54,514 nt of DNA. Source: Gemmatimonadota bacterium. Its GTDB lineage: Bacteria > Gemmatimonadota > Gemmatimonadetes > Longimicrobiales > Gaopeijiaceae. The notes below the pieces were generated by a model that ran no database searches, was not told where the DNA came from, and was given only the letters and a program-made list of their open reading frames with translations. This document shows, piece after piece, positions 19,631 to 31,704 of the stretch (its first letter is position 1; each line of letters begins with the position of its first letter). A program made the translations under genes and the position numbers. The stretch covers positions 1 through 54,514 of the forward strand of contig JBDHHQ010000054.1 in NCBI GenBank assembly GCA_039589315.1. The letters run 5' to 3'.

Positions 19631-20570
19631 CGGCGGTCCGGCTCAACGCGCCATGCCATCGCTCGCGGGCCCCGAGGACTTCCACCAGCATCTCCGGCGC
19701 GCCGTCCCCGTTCCAGTCCATGTGCCCGAAATAGCGCGCGGCACCCTTCCCCTCCTCAGCGACGAGACGGTACCAGTAGTACGAGAAGCGGTAGCCCTGC
19801 CCGCCGTCCTCTGCCAGGAGGAAAAAGGCGTAGGAGGCCGGCGTGGCCTCGGCTATGGCCATCTGATCCTCGTAGAGGTAGGTGGCGGCGATCACGGGGG
19901 GCTCGTCGGGGCTCACCGGGAAGACCTGCACGTCACCCCGGGCCCTGCCCATGGAGGACGGCCAGCGGGCTCCCACGTCCATGATCACCGTTCCGGCCAC
20001 GTTGGCGGCCGTCACCCGCAGCGCCTGGTCCACCGTCCTCGCGGTGTAGTCGCCGTGGGAGAACAGCTCGCCGTGAGACGCGTCGAGGGCCAGGAACCGG
20101 GTGGCCGATCCCGCCGAGGGCAGGACCTCCACCACTCCCGAGGCAACGGGTGGCTTGGTGCAGGCGTCTTCGTCCACCCAGGTGGAATCGCCGAGAAGGA
20201 ACCGACCCACCCGTTCCCCGTGCGCGAAGAGCGTGAACTCCCGTCCCCTCTCCATGCGCTCCTGGACGAAGTAGTCCCAAAATCGTGCATCCTCGCGCTC
20301 CGAGGTCAGCGGCAGCAGCGAGTCAGCCGAGATCTCGCCCACGGGAGAGATTCTCGCTCGGCTGCCGGATCGGTCGACCCGAAACAGCACCGGGCCCGCC
20401 GGTAACTCCGGTGGAGGAGCCCCGGCAGCCGCGGTGTCACCAGTGGCAACCTCGGTCACCGGCGGGGGGTCGAGGCGTATGTCGATCCCGCCGAAGGATA
20501 CGTTGTCGCATCCTGTGGCGACGGCTAGAATCACGGACGTCGAGAGCCAGGGGCGGGCGGTTCCATTCAC
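19563..20570 (-). CDS. Hypothetical lipoprotein
   Basis: VILAVATGC lipobox and a DWNGDGAPE (FG-GAP/Ca-binding-like) motif near the C-terminus. GTG start is inferred. Confidence 0.7.
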   Translation of the reverse strand: MNGTARPWLSTSVILAVATGCDNVSFGGIDIRLDPPPVTEVATGDTAAAGAPPPELPAGPVLFRVDRSGSRARISPVGEISADSLLPLTSEREDARFWDYFVQERMERGREFTLFAHGERVGRFLLGDSTWVDEDACTKPPVASGVVEVLPSAGSATRFLALDASHGELFSHGDYTARTVDQALRVTAANVAGTVIMDVGARWPSSMGRARGDVQVFPVSPDEPPVIAATYLYEDQMAIAEATPASYAFFLLAEDGGQGYRFSYYWYRLVAEEGKGAARYFGHMDWNGDGAPEMLVEVLGARERWHGALSRTAGGWQRFFEDPCGAPELQAPPAG

Positions 20571-20698
20571 CGGAGGTTGCTTCGCTTCCAGGTCCTGCGG
20601 GTCGAGGCGTCGTGGGTGCGCGGAGAAGCGCTCAAAGCTACCTCCAGCGAGGGACGATGGCAAAGCTCGACAGGGGCCCCTACCCGCCCGGCGGTCGC

Positions 20699-21412
20699 AT
20701 GAGGCTCGTGTGGGTTCCGCCGTTCATCGCCGGCGCGGTGGCGGCGACGGCTGCCGAGTTGGCGGCTGGACTCCTGCTCTACTCGGCCCTCGGCTTTTTG
20801 CGAGCGTTGACAGTCGTCTTGGCGGTGGAGATGGGTGCCTTCGGGTTGGGCCTCTGGTCCGCGGCTGGCACCCGTGCCGGCAGCGAGGAGCAGGCTCGCC
20901 GCGCCTGGTTGTTCTGCCTGGTCGCCTACTCCGCGGCCGCGGCTCTGACAGCCGCCTGGCGGCTTCTCGGGGATCTCGGAGCCAACGCCCTTACCCAGGG
21001 CCTGGGGCTGGCCTTGCTGGGTGGCCTGCCCATGTTCGCGGTGGCGGCTCTCTTGGGATCGCTCGGCAGCGGCGCGAGCGGACGGAGCGTGGGCTCATCC
21101 GCGGCCATGGGAGCGTCGGCTGGCCTCCTCGTCACCGGGTTTTTGTTGGTCCCGGCCCTGGAGCCCTCCTCGATCCTCCTCGTATGCGTCATCGCCCTCT
21201 CGGGGGGCGCGCTGCTCCACGGGTGGATCCACGCTCCGGCCGCCGCTGGGCCACAGCCCACGAGCTCACTCGACGGCGCACCGCCCGGCGGCGCTCCGCC
21301 GCCTGCCGACGAATTCCTGGAGGCACCTCCGGACGAACATGCCTCTGCGCCGGTGGTCCGACGCCCAGGTCCGCCCGACGACCCGGTCGTGGAACCGAGC
21401 TCCGCTTCATGA
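20699..21412 (+). CDS. Multi-pass membrane protein resembling the TM module of fused spermidine synthases
   Basis: About six hydrophobic segments with AELAAG...Y and GLG.W patterns. ATGA-coupled to the next gene. Confidence 0.65.
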   Translation: MRLVWVPPFIAGAVAATAAELAAGLLLYSALGFLRALTVVLAVEMGAFGLGLWSAAGTRAGSEEQARRAWLFCLVAYSAAAALTAAWRLLGDLGANALTQGLGLALLGGLPMFAVAALLGSLGSGASGRSVGSSAAMGASAGLLVTGFLLVPALEPSSILLVCVIALSGGALLHGWIHAPAAAGPQPTSSLDGAPPGGAPPPADEFLEAPPDEHASAPVVRRPGPPDDPVVEPSSAS

Positions 21413-22521
21413 TCGTCGCGCACCTCTCCGACCTCCACCTGGGATACCGCGCCTACGACCGGCAGGAGCAGGGCCGCAACGTCCGCGAGCTCGACGTGGA
21501 ACGCGCCTTCGGGCGCGCGCTTGAGGCCGTGATCGCTTTGGAGCCTGGACTGGTGGTGATATCGGGTGACGTGTTCGACCGTCCGGATCCGTCTTCGACA
21601 GCCGTGGTGGCCCTGGCGCGCGGCCTCGAGGTGCTCCGGGAGTCCCTGCCCGACACGCAGGTGGTCATGGTGGCCGGCTCGAGCGACACGCCGCTCCGGG
21701 GAGGGGGGCCGGGAGCGCTGGCCGCCTTCGACACCATCCCCGGCGTGGAAGCCGCCTTCGGAGACGTGCGGGCGCTCAGGCTCCTGGACGGCGAGCTGCA
21801 CGTCCTGCTGGTGCCCCACCGAGCGCTGATGCGTCGACCTCCGCCCCCGTTGGCGCCGGACGCCTCGGCTCGATGGAACGTGCTGGTAGTGCGAGCCCGG
21901 GTGGGGACGAGCGCTGCCGCGGTGGCGCGAGGGAGTGGTCGCGGCCGAAGGCGGGCCATGGGCACGGGCGTGCCGCTGGGAAGGGCTGATTGGGACTACG
22001 TGGCCCTGGGGCACGAGCATGGGCACAGGGTCGTGGCGCCTGCCATGGCGTACGCGGGCTCGCTCGAGCGCATCGGACCGGATCCGTGGCGCGAGGCCGT
22101 CGAGGAAAAGGGATTCGTGAGCGTCGATCTGCCCACGGGAAGCGTCCGGTTCCACCCCATCGGGGGCCGACCGGTGGTCGAGTTGGCCGGTATCCGCGTG
22201 CGGCCGGGTGACCCGGAGCACGTCGGGCGCAGGGTGCGTGAGGTGGTGAGCGAGACGCCGGGCGGCATCGACGGGAAGATCGTGCGTATGCGGATCCAGG
22301 GCCTGCCGGGAGGCGCCCCGCCGAACCTGGACGACGAGCTGCTGGAATCACTCAGGTCCCGGGCGCTCCACCTCTCGGTGAGGGTGGACTGGCCTCCGTC
22401 GACGCAGGGCGTCCCTTCGTTGGAGTCCAGTCTGTCGACGATGGCCGACGATGGAGAGTCGAGCCCCCTCGCGGACATCCTCGATCTGCTGGCCGAGGGC
22501 GAGGAGGAGCCCGTCGCGTGA
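21409..22521 (+). CDS. SbcD/Mre11-like metallophosphoesterase with degenerate motifs III and IV
   Basis: HLSDLHLG, ISGDVFD, DYVALGHEH, YAGSLER and EEKGF are present. GNHD is replaced by GSSD. Confidence 0.85.
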   Translation: MIVAHLSDLHLGYRAYDRQEQGRNVRELDVERAFGRALEAVIALEPGLVVISGDVFDRPDPSSTAVVALARGLEVLRESLPDTQVVMVAGSSDTPLRGGGPGALAAFDTIPGVEAAFGDVRALRLLDGELHVLLVPHRALMRRPPPPLAPDASARWNVLVVRARVGTSAAAVARGSGRGRRRAMGTGVPLGRADWDYVALGHEHGHRVVAPAMAYAGSLERIGPDPWREAVEEKGFVSVDLPTGSVRFHPIGGRPVVELAGIRVRPGDPEHVGRRVREVVSETPGGIDGKIVRMRIQGLPGGAPPNLDDELLESLRSRALHLSVRVDWPPSTQGVPSLESSLSTMADDGESSPLADILDLLAEGEEEPVA

Positions 22522-24065
22522 GGATCGACCGCGTGTCCGGCAGACTCGGGCTCACCCGGACGCCCACCGAGCTGGAGCCGGGCGACGGGCTGGTGGCGCT
22601 GGTGGGCGACGGGCGCGCCCGCGAAGCCGCCCAGGCGCTGGTCATGAGCGCCGTGGTAGGTGCCAGCGGCCACCGGAGAGGGCTGGTGAGGGATGCGCGG
22701 GTTCGCGTCGAGATCCCGTCGGTCGGAGAGGCGGTGGAGTTGGATCCGGGGGGGAGCCCGGACTCGAGGGCTCGGCGCCGCCGTCTTCAGCAGCTCGTCG
22801 GCATGGACCTCGGCGCGTTGGCGCTTCTCTGGGCGGGCGGAGCGGACCGTGCAGTGGGTTTCACCGTGGCCGCCGGCGCCCGGCTCCTGGCCCGGCGGTC
22901 GGGGCTCGCGCGTCTGGAGCGGGGGCTGATGGCCCTTTTGGAGCTGCCGGCCGTGGAGAGGGCCCTGGCCGGCAGCGCGGCGGATCCGACGGCCTACGGC
23001 GGCGGAGAGTCGACCGGCGCTCAGGCGGTGCAGCTGGCGAGAGTGGAGCGCGAGATTCGCGTCCTGCGCGCCGACGCGGCCGAGTTCCAGGGCGACCTGG
23101 ACGAGGCCACCATGGAGTGGCTGCGGGAGCGCCAGGACGCCGAGACGACGTTGATGGCGTACCGCGACCGGGCCCGTGAGCTCCAGGCTCGCCTGAGGCA
23201 GATGGAGGCAGGCGGTCCCGACACCGCATGCCTCACCTGCGGCCGCCAGCTGGAGGAGCGCTTCGACGCGGTCTCGACGGAGCTGCGGGAGGAGTGGGAG
23301 TCGGTCGTGCAGGACGGGCAATGGTGGAAGCGTCGCCGGGAGCAGCTCGAATTGAAGCCCGAACGCGTGCGAGAGCTGGAAAGCCAGGCACATCGCTTCC
23401 ACGCAGCGACCGAGGAGGCCGCGGAACGTGCGGAGCATCTCCGCACGGCCCTCGGCGCTGCGGCGTCGAGCCGGACGGACCAGAGCGGAGGTATCAGCGA
23501 GGGACGGCCCGTGCCCCGGGAGCTGATCCAGGCAGCCAAGGAGATCGCCGACCCTGTCGCGGCCGCACTCGCCCTGACCGATCTGGCCAAGGAGCTCGTA
23601 GACGGCGCCCGAACACGCCTGCTCTCCGAAACCGGCAAGGTCCTGAACCGTCTGAGCGGGGGCCGCCTCGTCGGTCTGGAAGCACCGGAGGGCGCCGGTG
23701 GTGCGCTCGTGCCACGGCCGCTGGCCGGAGCCCCGGGACGCGAAGATGTCGCCGCGGCGCAGGTCTCCGCCCACCTCGCGCTGGCCCGCCTCCTCCGACC
23801 CGGCCCGCCCCCCATCGCTTCGCTCTTGGTGGGGGAGCCCTTCGCGGCCATGGAGGAGGAGGACCAGATCCGCGGTGTGGCGATTCTCCGCCGACTGGCG
23901 GACAGCTATCCTCAGATTCTGGTTCTGCCCGCCGCGGGCGTGGTCGATACGATGGCGGAGGCCTTCGACGCGGTATGGGAGTTCCGCCCGGCACCGGAGG
24001 CAGGATTCCCAGCGCTCCGTCCTCTGTCCGTGGGGGTGGGGAGGGTGGACGTGGGCCGGGACTGA
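22518..24065 (+). CDS. SbcC/Rad50-like coiled-coil protein with degenerate ATPase motifs
   Basis: GTGA-coupled to the SbcD-like gene. Coiled coil with central CLTC hook, and a C-terminus SLLVGEPFAAMEE...ILRRLADSYPQILV. Confidence 0.75.
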   Translation: MRIDRVSGRLGLTRTPTELEPGDGLVALVGDGRAREAAQALVMSAVVGASGHRRGLVRDARVRVEIPSVGEAVELDPGGSPDSRARRRRLQQLVGMDLGALALLWAGGADRAVGFTVAAGARLLARRSGLARLERGLMALLELPAVERALAGSAADPTAYGGGESTGAQAVQLARVEREIRVLRADAAEFQGDLDEATMEWLRERQDAETTLMAYRDRARELQARLRQMEAGGPDTACLTCGRQLEERFDAVSTELREEWESVVQDGQWWKRRREQLELKPERVRELESQAHRFHAATEEAAERAEHLRTALGAAASSRTDQSGGISEGRPVPRELIQAAKEIADPVAAALALTDLAKELVDGARTRLLSETGKVLNRLSGGRLVGLEAPEGAGGALVPRPLAGAPGREDVAAAQVSAHLALARLLRPGPPPIASLLVGEPFAAMEEEDQIRGVAILRRLADSYPQILVLPAAGVVDTMAEAFDAVWEFRPAPEAGFPALRPLSVGVGRVDVGRD

Positions 24066-24121
24066 GAGGCTCGGCCGGGCACGTGGAGCGGGCCGGACGC
24101 CGGCCTACGACGGCGGGGTCG

Positions 24122-26374
24122 TCAGTTGCCCAACTCGGCCCAGGCGTCGCCCCGAGCCCGGCTGGCCTCCATGCGGTCGTCCTGCCCCATTTGCAGCGCT
24201 CCCTGCGCCACCGAGTAGTACGACCAGGCGTAGTAGTTGGGGATGCCGAGCGTGGAGCGATCCGGCCAGACGTCCCACTCGTCGGGGATGCCGCCCCGGT
24301 GGACGTACACCTCGTCGAGCAGGCGCGCGGTCCGGTCCACGTCGATCCACGGACCGGTGACGTTGGCCAGCGGAGACGGTGTGGTGCGGACCACGCCGTC
24401 GGGCAGGTTCTCCGGGTCGAGGGGCCCGTCGTTCAGGCGAAACGCCAGACCGTGCCTGATGAGGTTGGCGGCCACACCCAGCGTCTCGGCCGCGTTGCCA
24501 CTGGTGGCGAAGTAGATCGGCCTCTCGGCGATCGAGGTGGCGATGGCGAGCAGCGCGAACTGGTGCCAGGGCAGTAGGACCTGGCCGGCCCGCAGCGTAG
24601 CCGTGAGATTCCCGAGCACCACCGTGCGGTCGCTGTCGAGTCGGCTCACCGTGCCCGCCACCTGGTCGATGGTGTTGTCGTCCAGATCGAAGACGGGCCT
24701 GGTGGGCCGGGCGATGGGTGACGACAGAACGAGGGGGACCTTCCCGGCCGCTTCCGCCTCTGCAGGGTCGGCGGTGTACATGGCGTCCGTGTTCTCGGCC
24801 GTGTACGGGCGCTGGCAGATGATGCGCGTGGGGTCGTCCGCCGGGTCCTCGCCCGGTGCGCAGGGGGTCGTCAGGTCCCGGACCTGCTTCACGTACCAGT
24901 CGGTGTTCAGATACGAGGTGACCAGAACGGTCACGTCCCCGCGGATGCCCTCCACCTCCTGCAGATACCACAGGGGGAACGTGTCGTTGTCGCCGTTCGT
25001 GAAGAGGACGGCGTACGGCTCCGCGCTCATGAGGAGGTTGTACGCCCAGTCCCGGGTGGCGTAGTCGCCAGCACGGCTGGCGTGGGGCCAGTTCAGGACC
25101 AGGGGGATGAAAGCCAAGGCCAACACGGGCGAGGCGCTGGCGAGTCCGCCCTTCAATCGCTGACCGAGCTCCAGCCATATGGCTGCGATCCCCACTCCGG
25201 CCCACAGACCCCAGACCGAGAAGCTGACGATGAAGAAGTAGCCGTACTTGAAGTTCAGGTACCAGATGAGCGCTACCGAGAGCGTGCCCAACAGGGCCAG
25301 AACGTAGAGCCAGCTCTTCCGGTCCCGCTTACGGTGCTCCAGGCAGCCGATGATTCCCAGGACCGCGAACAGGAAGGTGAACGGTAGCCGCAGGAACGAG
25401 AACGCGGTGCGGTCGGGTTCCAACGAGCGGGCCCACTGCCAATCGAAGTACTGAACGTAGTTGGCGACCTGCGAAGCTATGTCCGCCTGCCTGGGAACCA
25501 GCGGGGGCTTGTCGTACTGCTGGCGCGTGAGAGCGTCGTTGAGGCTTTCGCATCCGCTCTGCCCGTAGGTGACCACGCTGGTAACGGCGCCCACCAGGCT
25601 CTCGCAGGTGGGATCCGCTTCGCTGATCACGGGGTCGAGACCCGCCCGGAGTGGCAGGAAGAGGTGGATGGAGATGCCCAGGAGGACCACGACGACCGCT
25701 GCCGGATAGAGCTTCCAGTTCAGCAGCGTGCGCGGATGGACAAGGAGTATGAACAGGCCCAGCGCCGGCGCTGCGAGAAAGGCCATCAAGTGGTTCCCCA
25801 CCGACAGGGCGAGGATGAACACCATCAGAACCAGCAGGTTGTCGTCCTTGCCGCGACCGAGGTTGTCACGCCAATGGAAGACCAGCCAGGACAGCAACGC
25901 GATGGTGAACAGGGAAACCGTATAGACCTTCTCGTTGACGTTGGACTGGTTCCAGACGGTGAAGGCGGTGGCGCTGACCAGGACGGCGATCATCGCGCCA
26001 CCGACGCGGAATCCGGGCTCAGCGGAGAAGAAGCTCAGGATGCGGTGAACGACCAGGAACCAGAGCCCGTGGGCGCCAGCCGACACGGCTGCCGAGAACA
26101 GGTTGATGCGCACCGCGACCGGAATCCCGAGGGGAGCCAGGATCAGATCCCAGGCCCGCGCCAGCACCACGAAGAGGGGGTTGCCGGGTGGATGGGGGAT
26201 GCCGAGGATGTGTGCGGTCGCGATGTACTCGCTGGTATCCCAGAACGCGGTGGTGGGGGACAGCGTAACCACGTAGAGCAGGCCGACCAGCGCTCCGGCG
26301 AGCGTCGCCCAGCCGTACGGCGGGCGTGGGCTGGTTGCCGCGGCCGGACGGGGTCCAGGAGCATCCTTCGTCAT
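24122..26374 (-). CDS. DUF2723 (TMEM260-like GT-C glycosyltransferase) membrane protein
   Basis: FWDTSEYIA, IPHPPGNPLF, EKVY, GNHL, FTNGDNDTFPLWYLQEVEGIR. GGAG RBS before ATG 26374. Confidence 0.9.
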   Translation of the reverse strand: MTKDAPGPRPAAATSPRPPYGWATLAGALVGLLYVVTLSPTTAFWDTSEYIATAHILGIPHPPGNPLFVVLARAWDLILAPLGIPVAVRINLFSAAVSAGAHGLWFLVVHRILSFFSAEPGFRVGGAMIAVLVSATAFTVWNQSNVNEKVYTVSLFTIALLSWLVFHWRDNLGRGKDDNLLVLMVFILALSVGNHLMAFLAAPALGLFILLVHPRTLLNWKLYPAAVVVVLLGISIHLFLPLRAGLDPVISEADPTCESLVGAVTSVVTYGQSGCESLNDALTRQQYDKPPLVPRQADIASQVANYVQYFDWQWARSLEPDRTAFSFLRLPFTFLFAVLGIIGCLEHRKRDRKSWLYVLALLGTLSVALIWYLNFKYGYFFIVSFSVWGLWAGVGIAAIWLELGQRLKGGLASASPVLALAFIPLVLNWPHASRAGDYATRDWAYNLLMSAEPYAVLFTNGDNDTFPLWYLQEVEGIRGDVTVLVTSYLNTDWYVKQVRDLTTPCAPGEDPADDPTRIICQRPYTAENTDAMYTADPAEAEAAGKVPLVLSSPIARPTRPVFDLDDNTIDQVAGTVSRLDSDRTVVLGNLTATLRAGQVLLPWHQFALLAIATSIAERPIYFATSGNAAETLGVAANLIRHGLAFRLNDGPLDPENLPDGVVRTTPSPLANVTGPWIDVDRTARLLDEVYVHRGGIPDEWDVWPDRSTLGIPNYYAWSYYSVAQGALQMGQDDRMEASRARGDAWAELGN

Positions 26375-26500
26375 GTCACTCCGTTTCGACATCGCGATCG
26401 GCCGTTTCGGTTGGCTGTAGCACAGGGGCACCGGTCCCTTCCGCCGCAGTCCCGGGCACCCGGCCCGAGCCCCACCGCGGAAAAGTCAGCAGAAGTATAG

Positions 26501-28486
26501 TCAGGCGCTTCGTGACAGGTGAAGACTGCCCCAGCGATCGACCCGGAGGGTCCACCCCTCGGGCACCCACGTCGTAGAGCTGTACTCCAGGACCTGGAGC
26601 GGGCCCTCCAGCTCGTGGCCGGCCCTCAGGTCCTTCCGCCACACCCGTCGCGTGGCGATCCAGACGCCGTCCCAGTGGGCGCGACCGGCCGAGGTAGCCG
26701 GAGGCCCGCCTGCCTGCCCCAGCTCCGGGTGGGGGAGCGAGGGCCCCGGCGCCCGCGTGACCACCCTGAGCGTCACGGCCTCCACCGGCGCTTCGGGTCG
26801 CTGATAACCGTAGCGGACTGCGTGGGCTCGATGGAACGCCCGGCGCCACTCCCCCCCGGGTACGCGAAGCTCGAAGCTCTGCCCACGATACCGGGCGTCC
26901 ACCCACCGCTCCACTGCTACGGACTCCCGGGGCGTGCCCTCTGCAGCCATGACCGAGATAGCGCCCGCCTCGAGCTCGTCGAACGTGGCCTCGATCCGCT
27001 CGTCCGCGTCGGCGTCACCTCCAGGTATGAGGACGGTGCGCGCCGTCTGCCTCATCACGTCTGCCGCGAGCATGCCGTATGCCGAAAGCAGCCCTGGGTC
27101 TCGGGGAACCAGCGCCGCCCGCGTGCCCAACCGGACCGCCAGCTCGGCCACGTGAAGACCACCCGCGCCGCCGAAGGCCACCAGCACGAAGTCCGCCGGA
27201 TCGTGGCCGCGCTCGACGGAGATCACCCGAAGGGCCCGCTCCATCGCCGCGTTCGCGACGGCGAGCACGCCCTCGGCGGCCTGGTCGAGCGTCATGCCCA
27301 GGTTCCCGGCGAGTGCCGCGAGGGGGGCCTCGACGGCGTCCCGATCGAGGCTGCCCTCTCCCCCGAGGAACGCGTCGGCAGGGAGCCGACCGAGCCAGAC
27401 ATTGGCGTCCGTCACCGTGACGCGCGCGCCACCGATGCCGTAGCTGATGGGGCCGGGGTCGGCGCCCGCGCTGTCCGGGCCCACGCGCAGCGCGCCGCCC
27501 GCGTCCACGCGGGCCAGCGACCCGCCCCCGGCGCCCACGGTGTGGATGTCGATGACCGGAATGGCGATGGGCTGCCCCCCGATCTCGAACTCACGGGTGT
27601 GGAACGGCTGCCCCTCGCTGAGGGAGACGTCCGTCGAGGTGCCTCCCATGTCGAAGCTGATGATGCGCTCACAACCGGAGCGGCGTGCCCGGTCCACGGC
27701 CCCCACCACTCCCCCCGCCGGACCGGACAGGACTGTGTGGATCGGCTCCCGCACCGCCCGATCCACCGACAAGGCACCGCCGTTGGAGCCCATGATCCAG
27801 GTCCGGCCGGCTCCACTCTCCCGGCGCACGCGGTCCAAATACCTGGACATGAGCGGGGCGACGTAAGCGTTCACCACGGTCGTGGACGTGCGCTCGTACT
27901 CCCGGTACTCGGGCAGCAGCTCGGCCGACAGCGTCACGAAGGCCACGGGTCCCAGGGCATCCCCCACCGCCCTCTCGTGAGCGGCATTGGCGTAGGAGTG
28001 GAGCAGCACCACGGCGACGGCCTGGGCGCCCGCCACCCTCTCGGCGAGCGCCGCCAGCTCTCCGGGATCGATGGGTTCGATCTCCTGGCCCTCCGGCCCT
28101 ATGCGGCCCGAGATGCCGAAGCGGCGATCCCGGTCGACGAGGGGAGGTGGGCGGTGACCGACGAGGGCGTATAGCTGGGGGCGGTTCTGTCGCCCGATCT
28201 CTATGACGTCCTCGAAGCCTCGGTTGGTGATCAGGGCCACGCGCCCGCCCCGCCGTTCCAGGAGCGCGTTGGTCGCCACCGTGGAGCCGTGCAGGAGCAG
28301 GTCCGGTCCCTCGGCGCCCGTCACGGACCTCACGCCTTGAAGCACCGCCTCAGCCGGATCGTCGGGCGAAGAGGGGACCTTGAGGGCCGTGAGCCGGCCG
28401 CCTTCGAGCAGCAGCACGTCGGTGAACGTCCCGCCCGTGTCGACGGCCACCACTCGGGTTGACTTCAACTCAGGCACCTCGGACAT
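26501..28486 (-). CDS. Hydantoinase A / 5-oxoprolinase subunit
   Basis: DTGGTFTD, HGSTVATNALLER, LSGPAGG, DMGGTSTD, GAGGGS, FGGAGGLH. Confidence 0.94.
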   Translation of the reverse strand: MSEVPELKSTRVVAVDTGGTFTDVLLLEGGRLTALKVPSSPDDPAEAVLQGVRSVTGAEGPDLLLHGSTVATNALLERRGGRVALITNRGFEDVIEIGRQNRPQLYALVGHRPPPLVDRDRRFGISGRIGPEGQEIEPIDPGELAALAERVAGAQAVAVVLLHSYANAAHERAVGDALGPVAFVTLSAELLPEYREYERTSTTVVNAYVAPLMSRYLDRVRRESGAGRTWIMGSNGGALSVDRAVREPIHTVLSGPAGGVVGAVDRARRSGCERIISFDMGGTSTDVSLSEGQPFHTREFEIGGQPIAIPVIDIHTVGAGGGSLARVDAGGALRVGPDSAGADPGPISYGIGGARVTVTDANVWLGRLPADAFLGGEGSLDRDAVEAPLAALAGNLGMTLDQAAEGVLAVANAAMERALRVISVERGHDPADFVLVAFGGAGGLHVAELAVRLGTRAALVPRDPGLLSAYGMLAADVMRQTARTVLIPGGDADADERIEATFDELEAGAISVMAAEGTPRESVAVERWVDARYRGQSFELRVPGGEWRRAFHRAHAVRYGYQRPEAPVEAVTLRVVTRAPGPSLPHPELGQAGGPPATSAGRAHWDGVWIATRRVWRKDLRAGHELEGPLQVLEYSSTTWVPEGWTLRVDRWGSLHLSRSA

Positions 28487-28646
28487 TCGGTCTCCGCCAG
28501 GGGGCCGCCGGGGGTCGATGGACCGGGAAGCTCGCCGGTGTCAGGCCTTTCTCGTGACACGAGGGAACGGGTACAGCCGGCGCCCATCCTCGTTCCCCTC
28601 GGCACTCTGACTCGACCACCGACGCCCCCGGCCGACCCCAGTCTCC

Positions 28647-30151
<1,505 letters not shown>

Positions 30152-30170
<19 letters not shown>

Positions 30171-31516
30171 TAGAGTTGTGCCAGAGCACGGATCCCGGCA
30201 TCGAAGTTGTCGGCGGGGAACCACTCGTCGGGTGCGTGCATGTTGGCGCCAGGGAGCGCGAACCCGACCAGAAGGGCGGGGGCGTCGAGCAGCCGCTCGA
30301 AGTCCACCACGATGGGAATCGAGCCGCCCTCGCCCACCAGTACCGGCTCCGCGTCGAAGGCCTGCCGAAGAGCGCGGCTGGCCGCGGCGACGATCTCGCC
30401 TCCGAGCTGCGCCCTCCACGGCTTCCCGCCGTGCAGGCGCTCTACCCTGACGGAAACGCCCGGCGGGGCCACCTCCCGGACATGTTCTTCAAAGAGCTTC
30501 TCGATGTGACCGGGGTCTTGCTCCGGCACCAGGCGGAAGCTGACCTTGGCCATGGCATGGCTTGGCAGCACGGTCTTGGCGCCCTCGCCGGTGTACCCGG
30601 AGAGGATCCCGCAGATGTCGCAGGTCGGTCGGATCCAGAGACGCTCCAGCGCCGAGAACCCGATCTCACCGCCCAGCTCAGGTGCGCCCACTTCGCTCCG
30701 GAAGTCTTCCTCGTCGAACGGCAGCTCCCGAATCCGTGCCCGCGTCTCCTGGTCCCAGGCCACGACCTCGTCGTAGAACCCCGGGATGGCCACAACCCCG
30801 GCTTCGTCGTGAAGCGAGGCGAGGATCTGGGCCAGGGCGTTCGCCGGGTTCACGACCGCGCCTCCGTAGGCTCCCGAATGGAGGTCTCGGGACGGGCCCG
30901 CCACGTGCAGCTCCAGGTAGGCCAGCCCCCGCAGCGAAAAGAGCAGCGACGGCTGGCCGGGAGCGAACATCGTGGAGTCGGAGATGACGACGGCGTCGCA
31001 CGCCAGCCGCTCGCGGTGGGCCTCCAGGAAGGGCAGAAGATTCGGGGAGCCGATCTCCTCCTCTCCCTCGGCAAGGACGACCACGTTGACCGGAAGCCCT
31101 CCATTGCCCTTCAGATGGGCCTCGATGGCCTTCACGTGCATGAAGAGCTGGCCCTTGTCGTCGGCGGACCCCCGAGCATAGATGCGTCCATCCCTGATCT
31201 CGGGCTCGAAGGGCGGAGAGGTCCACAGGTCCAGCGGCTCTACGGGCTGAACGTCGTAATGCCCATACACGAGTAGTGTCACCGCGTCAGGGCCTGCGCC
31301 CCGCCACTCGCCGAGGACGATGGGGTGTCGATCCGTCTCACAGATCTCGGCCTCGAGACCCGCTGCCGTGAGATGACGGGCAAACCACTCGGCGGCGGCC
31401 TGGGTGTCGCCGTCGTGCTCGGAGCGAGCGCTCACCGAGGGGATTCTGAGAAACTCGAAGAGCTCGGCGTGAAACCTGGAAAGCTCGCTCTCGATGTACG
31501 ATTGGGGGTCAGGCAC
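30152..31516 (-). CDS. M20/M25/M40 family dipeptidase
   Basis: YGHYDVQP, ARGSADDKGQ, EGEEE, DLHSG, GGSIP, HAPDE. AAGGAGG RBS before the GTG start. Confidence 0.95.
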
Positions 31517-31670
31517 CTCTCCCTCCTTGCCAGAACGGTTGTCACGGGCCTGCGAGGCCGCGCTGAATCTATCCTCGTTTCCGGAGTTCGCGAGCCACGA
31601 GGGAAGGCCGGCGGGGGGACGGTGGCAGGACGCCGAACGCCCAGGCCCAGTGGCGACGTCGGCGGCGGCG

Positions 31671-31696
31671 GGAAACGATTCACGGAGACGAGCGTA
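31671..31696 (+). promoter_or_regulatory. ECF (SigW-like) promoter
   Basis: GGAAAC-N16-CGTA, close to the B. subtilis sigmaW consensus TGAAAC-N16-CGTA. Confidence 0.55.
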
Positions 31697-31704
31697 GGTA
31701 CCAA

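Noticed and set aside
31592..31608. GAGCCACGAGGGAAGGC resembles part of a cobalamin riboswitch
   Set aside because: The GGGAA..GGTG, CCCGCAACTGT and B12-box elements are missing.
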